Source: Acanthaster planci | Taxonomy: Eukaryota | Length of the DNA stretch: 64,000 nucleotides | NCBI RefSeq assembly: GCF_001949145.1 | Contig: NW_019091355.1 | Location: forward strand, 4,971,518-5,035,517 | Direction: 5' to 3' | Part shown: one piece after another, positions 11,214-25,070 of the stretch | Numbering within the stretch: the stretch's first letter is position 1 | How the letters are laid out: each line of letters starts with the position of its first letter | Translations under genes and position numbers: made by a program | Notes under the pieces: generated by a model | Told to the model about the DNA's origin: nothing | What the model saw: only the letters and a program-made list of their open reading frames with translations | The model's database searches: none

Positions 11214-11408
11214 CTGGAAGTTGATGTAGCCGTTGGCCAGCTTGTTCATACAGCCCTCGTTCAGGAAGTAAAGGTCCTTGACAAACAAGCTGAAGAAGGG
11301 AATGACAATCTTGTCGCAGGCTCCGTCCTGGGCCCCCAAGGCTCTCTGCATGGCCGCTCGCAGAGACTGGCGGTACGTGTTGAAGTTACCCGTCGGGTCC
11401 ATCTGGTG
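11214..11408 (-). CDS. RASGEF1B: RasGEF1-family exon (HQMDPTGNFNTYRQSLRAAMQRALGAQDGACDKIVIPFFSLFVKDLYFLNEGCMNKLANGYINFQ)
   Basis: IPFFSL..KD.YFLNEG motif. Bounded by ccccag| and |gtgggt; 195 nt. Confidence 0.96.
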
Positions 11409-11875
11409 CTGGGGATGGCAACAATCGGAAAGTGATCACTGTTACTAACATCCCAGGTCGGGGAACACATGATTCATGCCAAAATATCAACCCTGATTTT
11501 TATATGTAATTTTAAATTCTCTGTGTTACCACCTCAATCCAGGGAGGGTTACCAGCACTGAACTTGTCCAACTCAATGTTGGTAGACCCCTTGCCTTTCA
11601 CTTGTTAATGGTTTTCTAACTTATTAACGTCTATTGCTCTCAGGAATACATGCAATGCTGCAAACCCGAGAAAAGGCAGTCGGGGATCACTCAGCAAGTG
11701 ACTCAATCACTCACAAATTATCTTGCAAAATTCTGAGGGGCGTTATTGGGAGGTGAACCATTCCTTACATTTGGAAGGACTTGCTTGCTTGGTAAACAAC
11801 AATATTGCGGTTACAAATAAATGATTGGACCGTTTGTACTTTTGTTTCAGTCCAGAGCATAATCTGTGCTCTTAC

Positions 11876-11955
11876 CTCCAGAATCTCAAACTTGTCCATG
11901 TTGACTTTGCCCCACGTCTTCTTCAGTCTCGTGACTGGGCTGAGATTCAAGCCAG
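11876..11955 (-). CDS. RASGEF1B: RasGEF1-family exon (SGLNLSPVTRLKKTWGKVNMDKFEILE)
   Basis: PV.RLKKTW CDC25 motif. Bounded by tatag| and |gtaag; 80 nt, phase 1-0. Confidence 0.96.
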
Positions 11956-12506
11956 CTATACAAGAAACAGAGAGGACTTTACTCATTTATCGTAAAATGT
12001 ACTTGATTTGAAGAAATCATAACTGCGTCTAGCGGGTTTGGGGTAATTCCGCCGAACAGCTTTCACCAAGCAGGGAACCTCTGCTGGCGAAAAAAACATT
12101 AATCATCAACAACAGGTAATGCACATACACCGGACAGATGCATAATGTGCCACATCTACATTTGATCCCAGGAAGGACATTTCCTCAACTTCCTAAAGGA
12201 AGAAGTCGTTGTCCCACCCAAGCTTTCGGCACATTGTTGAATTGTGTCCCGATAATTCTTCTCTTTTGAAGTCATGCATAACAAGGCTGCAGGATTTGAC
12301 TAATAAAAAATGGACAAGAAGTGGACAATTCATGGGTGCTAGTATCACTGTTGTTGACGTAAACATTACACTTATTTATGGTTCTACCGCAAAAAAATTT
12401 CCCAGTACTTCGAATAACGAATGTCTCTTCTGTGGTATTTTCATTGCAATGAAAGCACTGATCTCTCTCTTCCTTCCGAGGCCCCGTCTACAAATTGACT
12501 ACTCAC

Positions 12507-12705
12507 ACATGATGGCCATGAGAGAGTTGAAGTTGCCGATGTTGTAGCACTCGCGAGCGACATCGATGAAGTACTCGATGAGCTTGGCGCGGTGCTTCTT
12601 CTTGATGTGCATGCAGACCTCGGTGGCCACCAGGTAGCTGAGGCGGTTGAACCACTCCACATAGGCCTCCAGGTTCTTGGTTCTTTTCAGGTCCAGTAAC
12701 CGGAG
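12507..12705 (-). CDS. RASGEF1B: RasGEF1-family exon (LRLLDLKRTKNLEAYVEWFNRLSYLVATEVCMHIKKKHRAKLIEYFIDVARECYNIGNFNSLMAIM)
   Basis: CDC25 core motifs FNRLSYLVATE and GNFNSLMAI. Bounded by cttag| and |gtgagt; 199 nt, phase 0-1. Confidence 0.96.
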
Positions 12706-12964
12706 CTAAGCACAAATAACGTAAAGGGGGATAATGTCAGTCTGTGGCGGCAAAGGTATGGGAGCATTACAGGATGCTGACCAGCCTATATATAAAGGGA
12801 AGCCGAGTGGTTCAGTGGCTGATGTGAGCGTACTAGTTTGCAGCAGGTCCATTGTTCGATTCCAGCTCCGGTCATTTCACATTTCACTATTGAGTATCCT
12901 GGTATGTTTTGGAGTCCACAAGTTAATGGCGTTCCGCACATAATGCAGATATTTTGCAATACAG

Positions 12965-13520
12965 NNNNNNNNNNNNNNNNNNNNNNNNNNNNNNNNNNNN
13001 NNNNNNNNNNNNNNNNNNNNNNNNNNNNNNNNNNNNNNNNNNNNNNNNNNNNNNNNNNNNNNNNNNNNNNNNNNNNNNNNNNNNNNNNNNNNNNNNNNNN
13101 NNNNNNNNNNNNNNNNNNNNNNNNNNNNNNNNNNNNNNNNNNNNNNNNNNNNNNNNNNNNNNNNNNNNNNNNNNNNNNNNNNNNNNNNNNNNNNNNNNNN
13201 NNNNNNNNNNNNNNNNNNNNNNNNNNNNNNNNNNNNNNNNNNNNNNNNNNNNNNNNNNNNNNNNNNNNNNNNNNNNNNNNNNNNNNNNNNNNNNNNNNNN
13301 NNNNNNNNNNNNNNNNNNNNNNNNNNNNNNNNNNNNNNNNNNNNNNNNNNNNNNNNNNNNNNNNNNNNNNNNNNNNNNNNNNNNNNNNNNNNNNNNNNNN
13401 NNNNNNNNNNNNNNNNNNNNNNNNNNNNNNNNNNNNNNNNNNNNNNNNNNNNNNNNNNNNNNNNNNNNNNNNNNNNNNNNNNNNNNNNNNNNNNNNNNNN
13501 NNNNNNNNNNNNNNNNNNNN
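12965..13520. other. Assembly gap (556 N) inside a RasGEF1 intron
   Basis: Run of N. Confidence 0.99.
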
Positions 13521-13527
13521 AACTTAC

Positions 13528-13599
13528 CGCAGCCTCGTTCTTCTCCTCCTTCATGAATGATTGCACAAACTCCTCGGGTCCAATGTTGGCTAACCGCTC
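13528..13599 (-). CDS. RASGEF1B: RasGEF1-family exon (ERLANIGPEEFVQSFMKEEKNEAA)
   Basis: IGPEEFVQ motif. Bounded by ctcacag| and |gtaagt; 72 nt. Confidence 0.95.
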
Positions 13600-13897
13600 C
13601 TGTGAGGAAGCCGGTTTGAAGGTATAGGATTATATTTAGCACAACAATGAAGTTAACACAAACAGAACCGTCACAAGAAATATTGTTTGTATTTTCTTTG
13701 GTCTTGAAAGATGCACACAGAAAAAACTGAATCATTTATCAAACAGTCATCTGGGTTAATTTTGTTAATCTTTGGACAATAAATATCTCTGCTCTTCCTG
13801 GAAATATATCACACAGCTTTTCAAATTGACCATAAAGTGCCAATGACAGCCACGGCTGGCAATCCATAAGTGTTAAAATTTCTCTCGCATTACTTAC

Positions 13898-14062
13898 CAG
13901 CTCAATGTGGGTGAGCTGCTGGGCTAATACGTAAGCACTCGGGCAGACGTCGATGATGTTCGTCTGGAATGCTGCCGGATTTGTCCTCAACGAGTGCATT
14001 CTCTCTGTGGCGGCTGCATTGACTCTTGACAGGACATCTTCGTACTTCTCTAATGTGGCCAA
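13898..14062 (-). CDS. RASGEF1B: RasGEF1-family exon (LATLEKYEDVLSRVN...PSAYVLAQQLTHIEL), start of CDC25 domain
   Basis: LAQQLTHIEL motif; AG and GTAAGT boundaries; 165 nt. Confidence 0.96.
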
Positions 14063-14513
14063 CTGCATGGAGGTAACAACAGTCAACAAATAAAACTAAC
14101 TACACACTTTCATCCAAACCTATGGTCAAGATTCATCAGCGCAAATCATTTAACTGACAAGAGAGGAATGATTTTTTGATCTATTTTTCAGTAAGTAAAT
14201 CTCTAATATAAAGTCACTGAACTTCATTCTAAAAGTAAACTGATTCAAACTTAAATAATAAGTTTCTACAAGACTTTCTTACGTTGTAAAGACCAGATTG
14301 AGGGATGTTGTTGCAATATGCTCACACATAGAAAAAGAGTTTTTTTAAACCTCCCAAATCCTTTCTAAACTTCACCAGAAGATGAGGAAGGATTTGACGA
14401 GGAGTTTTAAGGAGGAGTGGACTTCTTTTGAGAAAACAGGAGACCAACGACACCTAGTCCAACTTGAGCACACTGTGTGCGATTTCACAGCAATCACGAC
14501 CACTCTCCATTAC

Positions 14514-14655
14514 CTTTCTGATTAATGCCTGCATAAGCTGACCCACGTTCTTCCTGAGGCTTTGGTCCACCGCCACACACTTCTGTGTGATGTCCCTTAG
14601 GTGCCTCATCATGCGCTCGTCTCTGAAGTCATACGGAAATGTCTCAGTCCACTCA
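14514..14655 (-). CDS. RASGEF1B: RasGEF1-family exon (I-EWTETFPYDFRDERMMRHLRDITQKCVAVDQSLRKNVGQLMQALIRK)
   Basis: Carries the EWTETFPYDFRDERMM signature. Bounded by ttttccag| and |gtaat; 142 nt, phase 2-0. Confidence 0.96.
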
Positions 14656-15169
14656 CTGGAAAAGAAAGAGATTCCTGGTCAACTGACTAACTAGACATCT
14701 CGAGCTTATTAGGGGGTTGTTTAATAGTAAAATTAAATTCTGTAAGTGCCAATAAACCTGCTGGTGCAAGTAGTCTTAAGATTAGTGTTGTTGTTAATCC
14801 TCAAATGACACCGAAACTCAGTGGCATGAGCTATCTCGTGACTAGCTTGGCCAAAGGCTTGATTTGAAAGAACATACATCCCAAAGACCAATTTAAACAT
14901 CCCTGTCTGTCAAGAAAGTCACCTTAGTACTTGGCACGCACATCCTTCCTACTTCCTGCAACAAAGCCCACAACAGTGGCATGACTTGGGGCATGACTCA
15001 AAAATATGGGGCATTCCCCCCTCCTCCCACTTAATACCTGTGACCCCTCCCTTCCTTTTTAGAATCTGAGAAGGAAAGAAACTGCCACGACAAAAACACC
15101 TCCCACGCAAGTGCCCCTTCCCTCCAATAAACAAGCCCCACCCTTTCATTCTCCACACCGAGAACTCAC

Positions 15170-15336
15170 ATGAGCAACTGAAGGAGCTTGAGGCTAAACT
15201 TCTTGGAGGACTCCCTGTCCACGTCGGGGCTGCCCAGCTTCTGTTGCCGGATGCAGACCTGGCAGACATCGTGTAGGAGCTGGTGGGGTTTGATGAAGAG
15301 GCGGGAGTTGAGGAGGAAGGCAAACAGGTAGGTCCT
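15170..15336 (-). CDS. RASGEF1B: RasGEF1-family exon, REM domain (RTYLFAFLLNSRLFIKPHQLLHDVCQVCIRQQKLGSPDVDRESSKKFSLKLLQLL)
   Basis: Homologous to RTYIFTFLLSSRLF. Bounded by ttgcag| and |gtgagt; 167 nt, phase 0-2. Confidence 0.93.
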
Positions 15337-15451
15337 CTGCAAAGAAGTAGGAGGGGAAAAAGATTTAAAAACAAAAAAATTAGCTTCTTGGGTATGAGCG
15401 GCATAAGGAAGGCTTCAGGAAATGTAGTACAGCACGGGCCAAGGCCAGTGT

Positions 15452-15617
15452 CAGAAATTGAACCAGATTTTAAAAAAATCAATAGTAACTTAGCAGTCTA
15501 CATTGTGTACAGAAATTGAAAGAGATTTTTAAAGAATCAATAGTAACTTAGCAGTCTACACTGTGTACAGAAATTCAACCAGGTTTTAAAAAACCAATAG
15601 TAACTTGTGTACAAATT
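15452..15617. repeat. 58-bp minisatellite, about 2.8 copies
   Basis: CAGAAATT at 15452, 15510 and 15568; shared AATAGTAACTT(AGCAGTCTACA)..TGTGTACA. Confidence 0.9.
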
Positions 15618-18600
15618 GTATGAAGGCTAGTCATCAGACTGGCAAGAGTCAAGGGTCTTATATACAGAATATAAAATACTTTTTCATTTCAAACTCTTCC
15701 ACTTTGTTTGAAACCAAACCTTTCTCAGATCTCCATATAGTTATAAAAGAGGATTCAGCTCATCATTAATGTAGTAACAATATGGGTGCAATGGTCACTG
15801 GCCAACTGTTATGAGAAAACTCTGCATTTGTGTGATAACCTGCCATAACTCTTGTCTTAGTCCCTACAACATTGGAACGGCTAAACCCCTTTCCCACTGC
15901 CTTCTTATTCCTCCTTGTTGTGTCATATGAGATTCAACAGATATGGAGCATTAAATCATTCCCTGGCGGTGCTGTCAGCAAGCATTAAAATCATTGGCGT
16001 GTTTATGAGAATGTACTTCGAATGCGTTCATGGATCCCATGAACCACATAAGCGAAAGAGGCTGTGACCATGGGGGGGTACTAGACGTGTTTACACGAGA
16101 CAGCATTCTGTGCAGCCTCAATGCCACATGTGTGACACATTAGACACCGACCGTAACATTTAACACAGACGTATACACAGGGGAGTTGCCCTTACGCTGA
16201 AGAAAAATAAAATTTGGACTGGGCAGAAATGTCTACTGAACACTGTGCTGTGGTGAATGCTGTCAATTTCCAAAGGACCAGATATTAAGATAAGCTATTG
16301 ACAGGATGGGGTAGGATGTCTCAACAAATAGCAACAATGTGTGTGGAAATGTAACTTGGAAAATTAATTCAGCAAGCATGGCCATAAAGATGGTAATTGA
16401 GAATTCCCCAGATGCAGGTGGAGAAGCCTAGTCCACATTTAAGTTCAATTTACAGTGTCAGCACTGAATTTAATACCAAATTTTCTCAACTGATTTAGCG
16501 GGTCAAAGTGACTTTTCTTCTCAAAATCCTGACCTATATGGACCGTGGCTTTGGGGAAATCAATCAAAATCTAATCTGCAGGAAATTCCTGAAATCCCAT
16601 CTGGAATTTTCCAGTCTGTCCTCATCAGAGGTCACAGTTAAAGTGTGCAGACGAAATCCAATATGGCTTCCACTTTATTTCAGATGGGGGCCCCTTAGCA
16701 GCCCATTAAATTCAAAATATAAACAAACCATTAGCTCCAGGGAGAAAAGAGGAACCGCAAAAGACGTCAGGAAGCCACAAGGTATTTTCAGACATGACAC
16801 AGCTCGGGTTCACAGCTAAGGCACAGAGTGGCTTTTGTCAGGGACCACAGGAAATATAAGGATTATAGAATCTGGCCTTTGAGAAGCACAGACCACAAGA
16901 CTTGAGTTAAATCCAGCAACATCCAGTCACACTGGAGTGAGTGGCTACCACACTGAATTCTGGTCACCCTCACGAGGTCATGGCTCTCTTTTTTTGGAAT
17001 CATCAGTGTCAAGTGCAGTTGAACTTGTCGAAAGTCTTTCTGTGTGCAATTGAGGGAAATTTCTGATAAGAATTCCAACTATATGCTCTTATTTTTGGCA
17101 TTTCAAAGGAATACACAAGACATCAAGTAGAAGGCAAACTTCAATGAACACTGTCAAACATACGTCCAGGAAAAACGACATCACAGAATGATCAAACCCC
17201 CTTCCCGTTTTCCATACATGCATTAACAAAGGCACTTTTCCGCTCCTCATTTTAACCAACAAATCCCAACTCAACCTTGGCGAGTGACTAAAAAGCATTA
17301 GTGCTGGTCATGTCCTAACTATTAGACTACGGCTGAAAATACAAGTATCCATGGCAAATGCACAAAGCCATTTAGCAACTGGCTTCCATAGGTGTCTTTG
17401 CTATCTCATCCCATAACCACAACATTCCCGTCCCTACCAGTAGTTATCCAGTCACTACCACATGGCAATGACCCATGCCAGGCTATTTTTGTCGGTCCCC
17501 AAAGATGCAGAAAATGTGCTTCCATCCTTTCACAATCTTCCTTAGGTTTACAAGGGTTTTGGCACTTCTGGCAGATGAGTGGTTCTTGTCAGCTGCAATG
17601 GATATTTCTTAGCCTTGAGGTAATTAGGGGAAAAAAACTTGGACGTTGCACAGAGGCTTGTTCATCCTTGCATCTGAACTGATTTAAAGTGTCCGGTGCA
17701 CGTGTTATGATTCGAAAGGGTCATAATGCAATGGGACAGTTCCGCAAATCTCAGAGATAACTTACCAATCCGCAACATTACCATGGCACTATGACGGTCT
17801 ACGTGTACCAAGCAGTGGTACGTCCCGTCCATCCACTTAGTGTAAGCCAGTAAAACCCATCTTTGCCCCACTGAAAAAGTGAAAATCATCACCCAGGTTC
17901 TCTTCTTTTATCTGCATGTACCGGCAGGGCCCTGGGGTGGGGCAGACAGTGAAGAGTACTGACTGTCAGAAAGGCCAAGACATCCTGTCATGCAAAATCC
18001 CATGCCAGGAGACATCTGCTGCTGGGCTTCTTGAAGGCCCATGGGATTAAGGTATTGATTGCTCAGCCAGTTTTCACACTCAAAATTTGTTTGCTGTTAA
18101 CATCCAAGGACATGATTTCCAGCAGAGTCCGGTACATTCAGAGACCAGTTGGTTAAAGTTGTGTACGTGTTCCGGATGTCATTTCATATGAGTCATTACA
18201 GAACAGTACTTTTTCTAAAATAAGCAATAAAAACAGCAATCGACATGGAGTTTAACCACGTGCAATGCCTTCAACTTCTTTCTGTGCATGTTGCTTCAAA
18301 GTGCATTGTTTCAGCAGCGTAAACTTCTTCGCACTGCAATGCACAATTCTTCAACATCTGTTGCATGCCAAAGGACTTGACAGACTGTGTGTACATTATA
18401 TTAGGCGGCATCAACGTTCAGCATCTGCAGGTTCTTAAGTAAGAAATCCCTGAAGAGTTTTTGTAAAGTCTCATAGCCCACTGACCCAGAGTTACAAGAG
18501 AAGACTTCTTCCTCTTAATATAACTTTGCAGAATTCCACGCAAAGATAATTATATCAAGAAATATTGGAGGCATGAGGTGAAGGTTAAGATCATGACAAG

Positions 18601-21600
18601 GGAGGGGGGGTTTGGTGTACCCACAGAGAAGAGTTGACAATGCAAGCTCTGTTCTACATCCTCATGGACCACCCCCAGAGCCAGTAACATCAGGCAGTTA
18701 AACAATACAAGAGAACTGGGCTTGAACCCTGAAAACAAACCACAGAGAACCTTGAAGAGAAGAGGCTGTGATATGAGCCATCCCCTCTCAACCACCAATG
18801 TGGAAACACGGTAGTTAATTGGTACTAAATGTTGGTTTACAGGGCCTTGGTGGTCTGGAAATTTAATAACGGCAGGGGCCTCCCAGGTGGGCCTGCACTG
18901 CAGTGTCCTACATGCATGCCATGTGTATGTGTTACTAGCCAAATGAAAGCCAGTCATCAACATGGGTGCTTGATGCTCAGAGCAATAGTCAAAAGTCCAT
19001 CCAATCCAAAGCGAATGATCTAAATGTTGCAGAAGAACTAGGAGAAAATCACCTCTTGAGGAATCTTTGAAGCTCAGACGTGTCACCCACATGTAGAGTA
19101 CATCCAATGCCTGCCTCTTGCAGAGCAAGGGTGGGGCACTCCTAAACATTGCCATTCTCATGTCCCCCTGCAACTGGCTCCCCTTCATGTATGACGTTTG
19201 TTCTGTCCAAAATTAGCCAGTAATTGGGATTTAATTGGAAGATTCCTTAAAGTAACACTTTGTCACAGCATGCGTCATCTGTCTTGAGGCGAGCCGGGCA
19301 CACCTGTTAAGTTCAAAGTCAGAAGGAGAGAAAAGCTGCCCCCTCTCCCCCCGCCCCTGACAGCTCTGATCAGAGTCAAAGTCACCAGCGCCAAGCCCAA
19401 TTCCCCTCCCCCCATACATGCAATGCCTGGCGTTTCTCAATTTTGCTTTCCATCTCCAAGATCAAAAACCTATTTCTTTCTCTGGGTGAGTGGATCAGGA
19501 TTTGGAACACCAAGGCGACTGTGCCAATGGGGTCAAGATTAAGGATAGACACAGGTATGGGAAAGCTGCGCAAAAGTTTGCATTAATGTTCCCCCCCCCA
19601 AAAAAAAAGGATTGCTCTGGATCATTCTCATGACAAGTGCGTAGAAGAATCAAAAACAGGGGTCTTCTGTTTGGGTGTTTTTTAAATCTTTTTACAGGTA
19701 GCCTGAGGTTGGAGTAATTTATTCAGATTTAAGTGAAGTAAGAGTTGGCCTCAACATTTCAAGAGCCTTCCAGAAGTCTCAAGTTCTCCCCCCCCCCGAA
19801 TACAGTGCCCCCGGCCCCTAACCTGTGTACATGTATAGATTTCTTTTTTCCCATCCATTCAACCTCACTGCAAAGCCAACACTACACATGGCAATCTCTG
19901 AACTGTACCTTATAACAAGCTGACTTTGAGCATGTCATTCTTCAACCATCTGTAGTATCTTTTTTTAAATTTCTCTACAGCCAGCATCCATCTTAAAACA
20001 AGGATGCAGCCAGTAAGTTCAAGGATTCCGCTGACACTCCTCCAAGCTGCCCTCCACCCACCCATATTTTAATCCCGGCCTCAGGGCTAGGGAGTGACAT
20101 CATGCTATACATCCTGTGTCCAGAGTGACCCCCCATCAATCTTAGCCACCTTTTCAAAATTTCTCCTTGGAGAGAGTTCACCCCTCTTTCAAGAGACACC
20201 AGGTAATTTGATTTCCTCCTCAGATAATTTTTGTGACACATCGGCAAGATGTTTACATTAGAATTTGGGTTCTTGAGCCCCAGGTAAATGGAATTCTTGG
20301 GCTTGATTTGTGTTGCAAGCAAAATTGTGATTGATGCAGGTTATTGGTTGGACAAGCTTACTAAAAACTGTGGGATTTGATAAACTCCAGGAAAAATGTA
20401 TATTGCCACCGATTCAACCATACTGAACAAAGACAATACTGCCACAACAAAATGAATTATCCCATTCCTAATGACTGGCAAACCCAACTTACAGGCTTAC
20501 ATTTAAAATCCAACTTTTCACAATCTAAGTCAACCTGAGCGCCCGCTGCTAAAATCGTAATGGCCCACAATACAAAAAAACAGGACCTCTCGCGGACCCA
20601 AAACTTTTATGCTGGGGGCGACTCCCTTTCCTGAGTAATCGTCCGATTTGGTGCACACCATTGTCACATTCTGACCAGCGGCCCCGTCCAAAAATAAACC
20701 TCAGTGTGGCTGGTTAATGGGACAACCATCTGGGAGTGATTCTTAAGAAGCTGTCTAATTCTCGCCGAGAGGAAGGGCGAAGAGACAGCAGTGAATGCCG
20801 TGATTCATCCTAAAGGGGGGAACAGAAGAATCCCCCGATTCCCCGGTAAATCAACTCATCGGATGTCAGCATTATCTCCACCTCTTCTTCAGCATAATCA
20901 TAATGCTAATCACTTGAGCATCCAGACCTGAAATCTAAGCAGGCCTGCCCCACAGAAATCTTTCTTTAGCCCTCATATTTTAAGGGAAGCGTGCCAAGGA
21001 TTTAGAGGACTCTAAGATGCAGCCGATGGTTGAGCAATCACCATTCTTCAAAGCTGTCACTTTGTCTTAGTCTAACATATAAGTTCATTAACTTAAGAAC
21101 CAAGGTGTATGCAGCATTTTGAATTTGCTCATTTGTTTCCACAGTGAACTGCCCGACCAGTAAAAGGCCATTCTAATTCACGGCACAGAACTAAAATAAC
21201 AGATATTTCTTATCCCTAAGAAAATCATTTGGAAATCGGAGAATTCGGGAATGTTAGGGTATAATAGTGCTGTATTTTCCCACATGTAAGTGAAGCATGG
21301 GTTAAACACCCAACCTACAGTACTTCTTGCCGACAGCCTCCATCAACTATTTTAATGCACTGTAAAGAACACATGTGACAAACTTACATAACATGTTTTG
21401 CAGTTTCAATAAAGTGCCACATACTGAAAACAGAGTCCCTAACACACACACACACACTCTACGTACGTGCTCATGCACAATATATATGAACCATCTGAAC
21501 AGCGGGAAACTTCCGTTCTGGATAGAGGACAATCCACACGGGGCCGGCTTTGCTTAAGAGGTACCAAGGGGTGTTACTGGGTGGAATAATAGTGCGGGAC

Positions 21601-22260
21601 ACAAAAACTCTCCTGAGGAAATGAGGATCTGCGTTTAATATAAGCCAGGATCCTTGGTTGGGTTCATTATGCACTGGCCAGTCAGCAGGCCAAGCTAGGA
21701 TTAAAGCATGAATTTAACACTTCCACAATCTGCCTCCAACACGCTAACAGTGACTTATGCTCGCAACTCACGCAAACGCACAACTGGATCCACTTTACCA
21801 GTGGAACAAAATCAGAATTTCATTTATAAGCCTTTCTAAGGGTGGAATCTATTGGAATATTTTTAATGTTTACAGTGGTGGGTATTACCTCACCACAGGA
21901 ATCACTCCCACAGTACACGATAAGACCCATGATAACTACCTTTAGATCAGTTTCACAGACGATCTCTTTTCTGGCCATATTTGTCAAAATTATGATTGTT
22001 GCTCCGGTAACACTGCTGTGCGGTTGGAACCCACTGCACTGTTCACCAGAACCATACCGCAGGCTGGAAACATTGTTCCTGCCTGAACAATGAAAACCAC
22101 ACGGACGGACGGGGACGCAACATTGACTGCATGATCCACATTTGAGGTTTGATTGAAAAACCACAGTTCCACCCCCCCAAAATGTTTGCAGATTCTGTTG
22201 TTACCGTAATTCGTTCCCAATTTGTCCCTGGGCCTACAGGCTGCCTGAGCATGCAATATG

Positions 22261-22480
22261 ATTACTAATAATGAATACTTATATAGCGCATTACATCACA
22301 AGGTGAGCTCAATGCGCTTTAAAGGATGAAACCAAATCTAAAGATACAATCGAACCCATTAAAACACAAATGTGAGTAGTTAAAATACACGTACATTCAT
22401 AGACAAACTATACATACATTAAAATTGAAAGAATTTACTTAAAAACCCGACGAAAATAGTTAGTTTTAGTGCCATTTTTA
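22261..22480 (-). mobile_element. 3' tail fragment of an L2/CR1-like LINE or related SINE
   Basis: The minus strand reads AAAGCGCATTGAG...AATGCGCTATATAAGTATTCATTATTAGTAAT: an 8-bp stem (22285-22292 with 22311-22318) followed by a TAT-type tail, typical of L2/CR1-clade 3' ends. Confidence 0.55.
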
Positions 22481-23504
22481 ATGACGAAAGAATGATGAAT
22501 CAACTACATGTAGTTGTAAGTTTCTCCTCTGTGATTTTTTTTTAAAGGAAGAGGCAACCCAACTCTTTTTTTTTAAAGTGGTGGATATTTTAAGGTGGCA
22601 GATGGATTTCTGTTATCAAGCAGGTTAAATATTTGGTAAGACACAAACGAGAAGTTAAAAATAGTTGCAATATAAAAAACAAACACCAACTCAAAAAAAA
22701 AGAAGATAGTCAGGTTTAAAAGGGAAACTCACAGGGAGGAGAAAATGCTCTATTTTTTACCAAGCCAAAAGATTTCTGGCCCAAAACAGCTTCAACCTTT
22801 CGTACGCAACACAGATTTATCATGCAACTTTTGGCTGGTAGCCTGCATCAGCTGAACAAAATACTGATCTATCGCAAATGTGTACCGGCCAAAACTGAAT
22901 GCCTCATGAACTTCCGGCAGGATGAATGCACCCAGCCGACTCCTCGTTCCATTCACAAATCGGCTGTCAACAGGAAAACCTGAGTGCGTGATCTCTAAGA
23001 TCGGGAAATGCATCAGCCTGGCCGCAGACCAAAATAGATTTTCCCCTGATAGCAGTTTTGCATGTCCACCTACAATTCAAGGATTCCTGTTTCAATCTTT
23101 TATTGCCAACTGGACATCCTGTAATAAGGCCAATTTACTGAGATCCTTGTTGTCTATACATGTACATGACCTTGATCCAAGGATAACCCCGCAACTTCAT
23201 CGTTCTTTTTCTGATGACGGTTTGAACTGATTCAGCTCATAGTTACCAGTAAATGCAATGATTATGGTAGACAATATTCTGTATCCATTTCTAGAAAGTT
23301 CTCGATTGGAAGAAGAGAACATCAAAACAAAAGCCTTCAAGTTTCCCCTTTAAACTACATTTAACAAAATTCTCTTCCGACTACACATAGTTAATCTCAG
23401 AAAGTTGAAGGTGAACCTTTTTTCCCTGATCTGTAGAGTCACCAAGATCTGTTTTTAAAAACTTTCAGATTTGATAAAAGGAAAAGAAATTTATGTCAAC
23501 TTAC

Positions 23505-23594
23505 ATCTGGGTAATAGTCCACTGTCGGTACCATGTGCTGCACGAATGCCTCTAACGTACCCGAATTAAGATTGCCATCTTGGTAGACCAAGGC
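23505..23594 (-). CDS. RASGEF1B: RasGEF1-family exon, start of REM domain (ALVYQDGNLNSGTLEAFVQHMVPTVDYYPD)
   Basis: Matches the RASGEF1 motif SG.LEA...H.VP.VDYYPD. Bounded by cccttgcag| and |gtaag; 90 nt. Confidence 0.95.
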
Positions 23595-24902
23595 CTGCAA
23601 GGGAGGGGAACAGCGAGAAACAGAGCAGTGGTTAACATTTCGAAGGCAACTCTTTACCCTTTCCAAACTCACAACTTGGGCAATTGGATCCTGACACTGT
23701 CTTCTGGCGTTGATGGTAACAACCTGAAAACACCGTTCAAAGGTACGACATTTTCTGAAGAGAAAAATCTGCAAGGAAACTGTCTGCAGGTGACAGTTTC
23801 CAAAGATAACCCACCAAACGAGGGTTCTTAAAAAGTGTAAACATGAGATATGGTTCCCTACACAACTGCCACAATCCTACCTTCTTCAGCTTGCTTTTGT
23901 ATCCCATTTGTTCACAACTCCGACAACCAAAAGAGGCTCTCTGAAATTTTCACCAATCCCTCTCTGCTCACACCAAACAATAAAAACAACCAGCGTCTGT
24001 CCCTGAAGTTCCCTTCAGGTGGGTCCTTACTCTCCGAACCGCACACGGTGAAAACTGACAAGCGAGTGTGCTGTGCTCAGGGCCAACGGTGTCTGTATAT
24101 ATACACACAGGCATCCTGAATGGAGCACACTTCACAACGTGAGTTGGTGGGCCACGTAGGGCTGAAACGCATAACTTCCTGCCATGACCCTGTGGCAACA
24201 TCTCATTATCATCACAGGCAACACATTACACTCCAGTCACTGACCAAGGTCGCTGGGCTTTGGAATGACGTAGTTTGGCTGGGTTCCTTTGGCACTGGGG
24301 GGCCCATATGACCTCAAAAGTGTTTATGCGGTTTCTCTTTCGTTGGACTATACAGCTCTGAAAGTTTAATGTATTTGGCCAGGGGAGTGAAAAAACACAG
24401 TCTGCAGGAAATCTGCGTAGGATTTTTATTGATTTGGGTGGAGACGAAATGTCCCAACCAAACGAGATGCTGTCCCATTTTATGCATCCGCACGGAAGGG
24501 CCCCGTGCTGAGGAAGAGTTCAGGGAAATTGTCCTGTTTGCATTGCTGCTTAAAAAGCCATAGAAGAGTTGCGAGAAATTCTCCTGCTCGGATTCTGTTT
24601 GCCCCAGGAGGATGGCATCTGGACCTTTGCAAATAGAGGTTCTTGTTTTGTTTTGTGATGCAGTCATTCTACCAGTAACTTTTCAATGCGCGAGAAAGCA
24701 ATATGACTCCAGAAGTGGTCGACATGTAAGTAATTCAACCCAAATACATAAAGTCTACATCACATATTCATCAGCCAAAATTACACTGGAGTGACCAACA
24801 TGTACATGTACATTCATCGCCAGTATCACAAGACTTCAAAGTATGTTCTATTTCCAATCTACATCTTTGTGCATAATAACAATGCACAGCTATTGTTGAA
24901 TA

Positions 24903-25070
24903 TGGCCGTTTCACAATAGGGCACCTCCAAGAGTTTGCAACGCGTTGGCCATTCACAACGCTCAAAACTTGTAGACCCTTTCTAAACGTGCTTTGGGTCG
25001 ACAATTTTCGTGCATTATGATTGGCCAACACGTTGCAAACTCTTGGTGGCGCACTATTGTGAAACGGCTG
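24903..25070. mobile_element. Fold-back MITE, 168 bp, TA-flanked
   Basis: Arms 24903-24978 and 24995-25070 are reverse complements (13 mismatches in 76 by my count), with a 16-nt loop and TA on both sides. Confidence 0.88.

Noticed and set aside
12965..13520. Missing RasGEF1 exon hidden in the gap
   Set aside because: The flanking exons join in phase 0 and give a linker about the same length as in vertebrate RASGEF1B; only an optional micro-exon remains possible.
14949..15482. 177-aa Ser-rich ORF (also 10137-10514, 12441-12662)
   Set aside because: Shifted-frame shadows of genuine RasGEF1 exons.
15452..15617. Regularly spaced repeats as a CRISPR-like array
   Set aside because: The whole 58-bp unit repeats with no unique spacers; it is an ordinary minisatellite.
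18550..19188. 212-aa minus-strand ORF
   Set aside because: No recognisable domain, no convincing splice or start signals, and it is intronic; likely chance.
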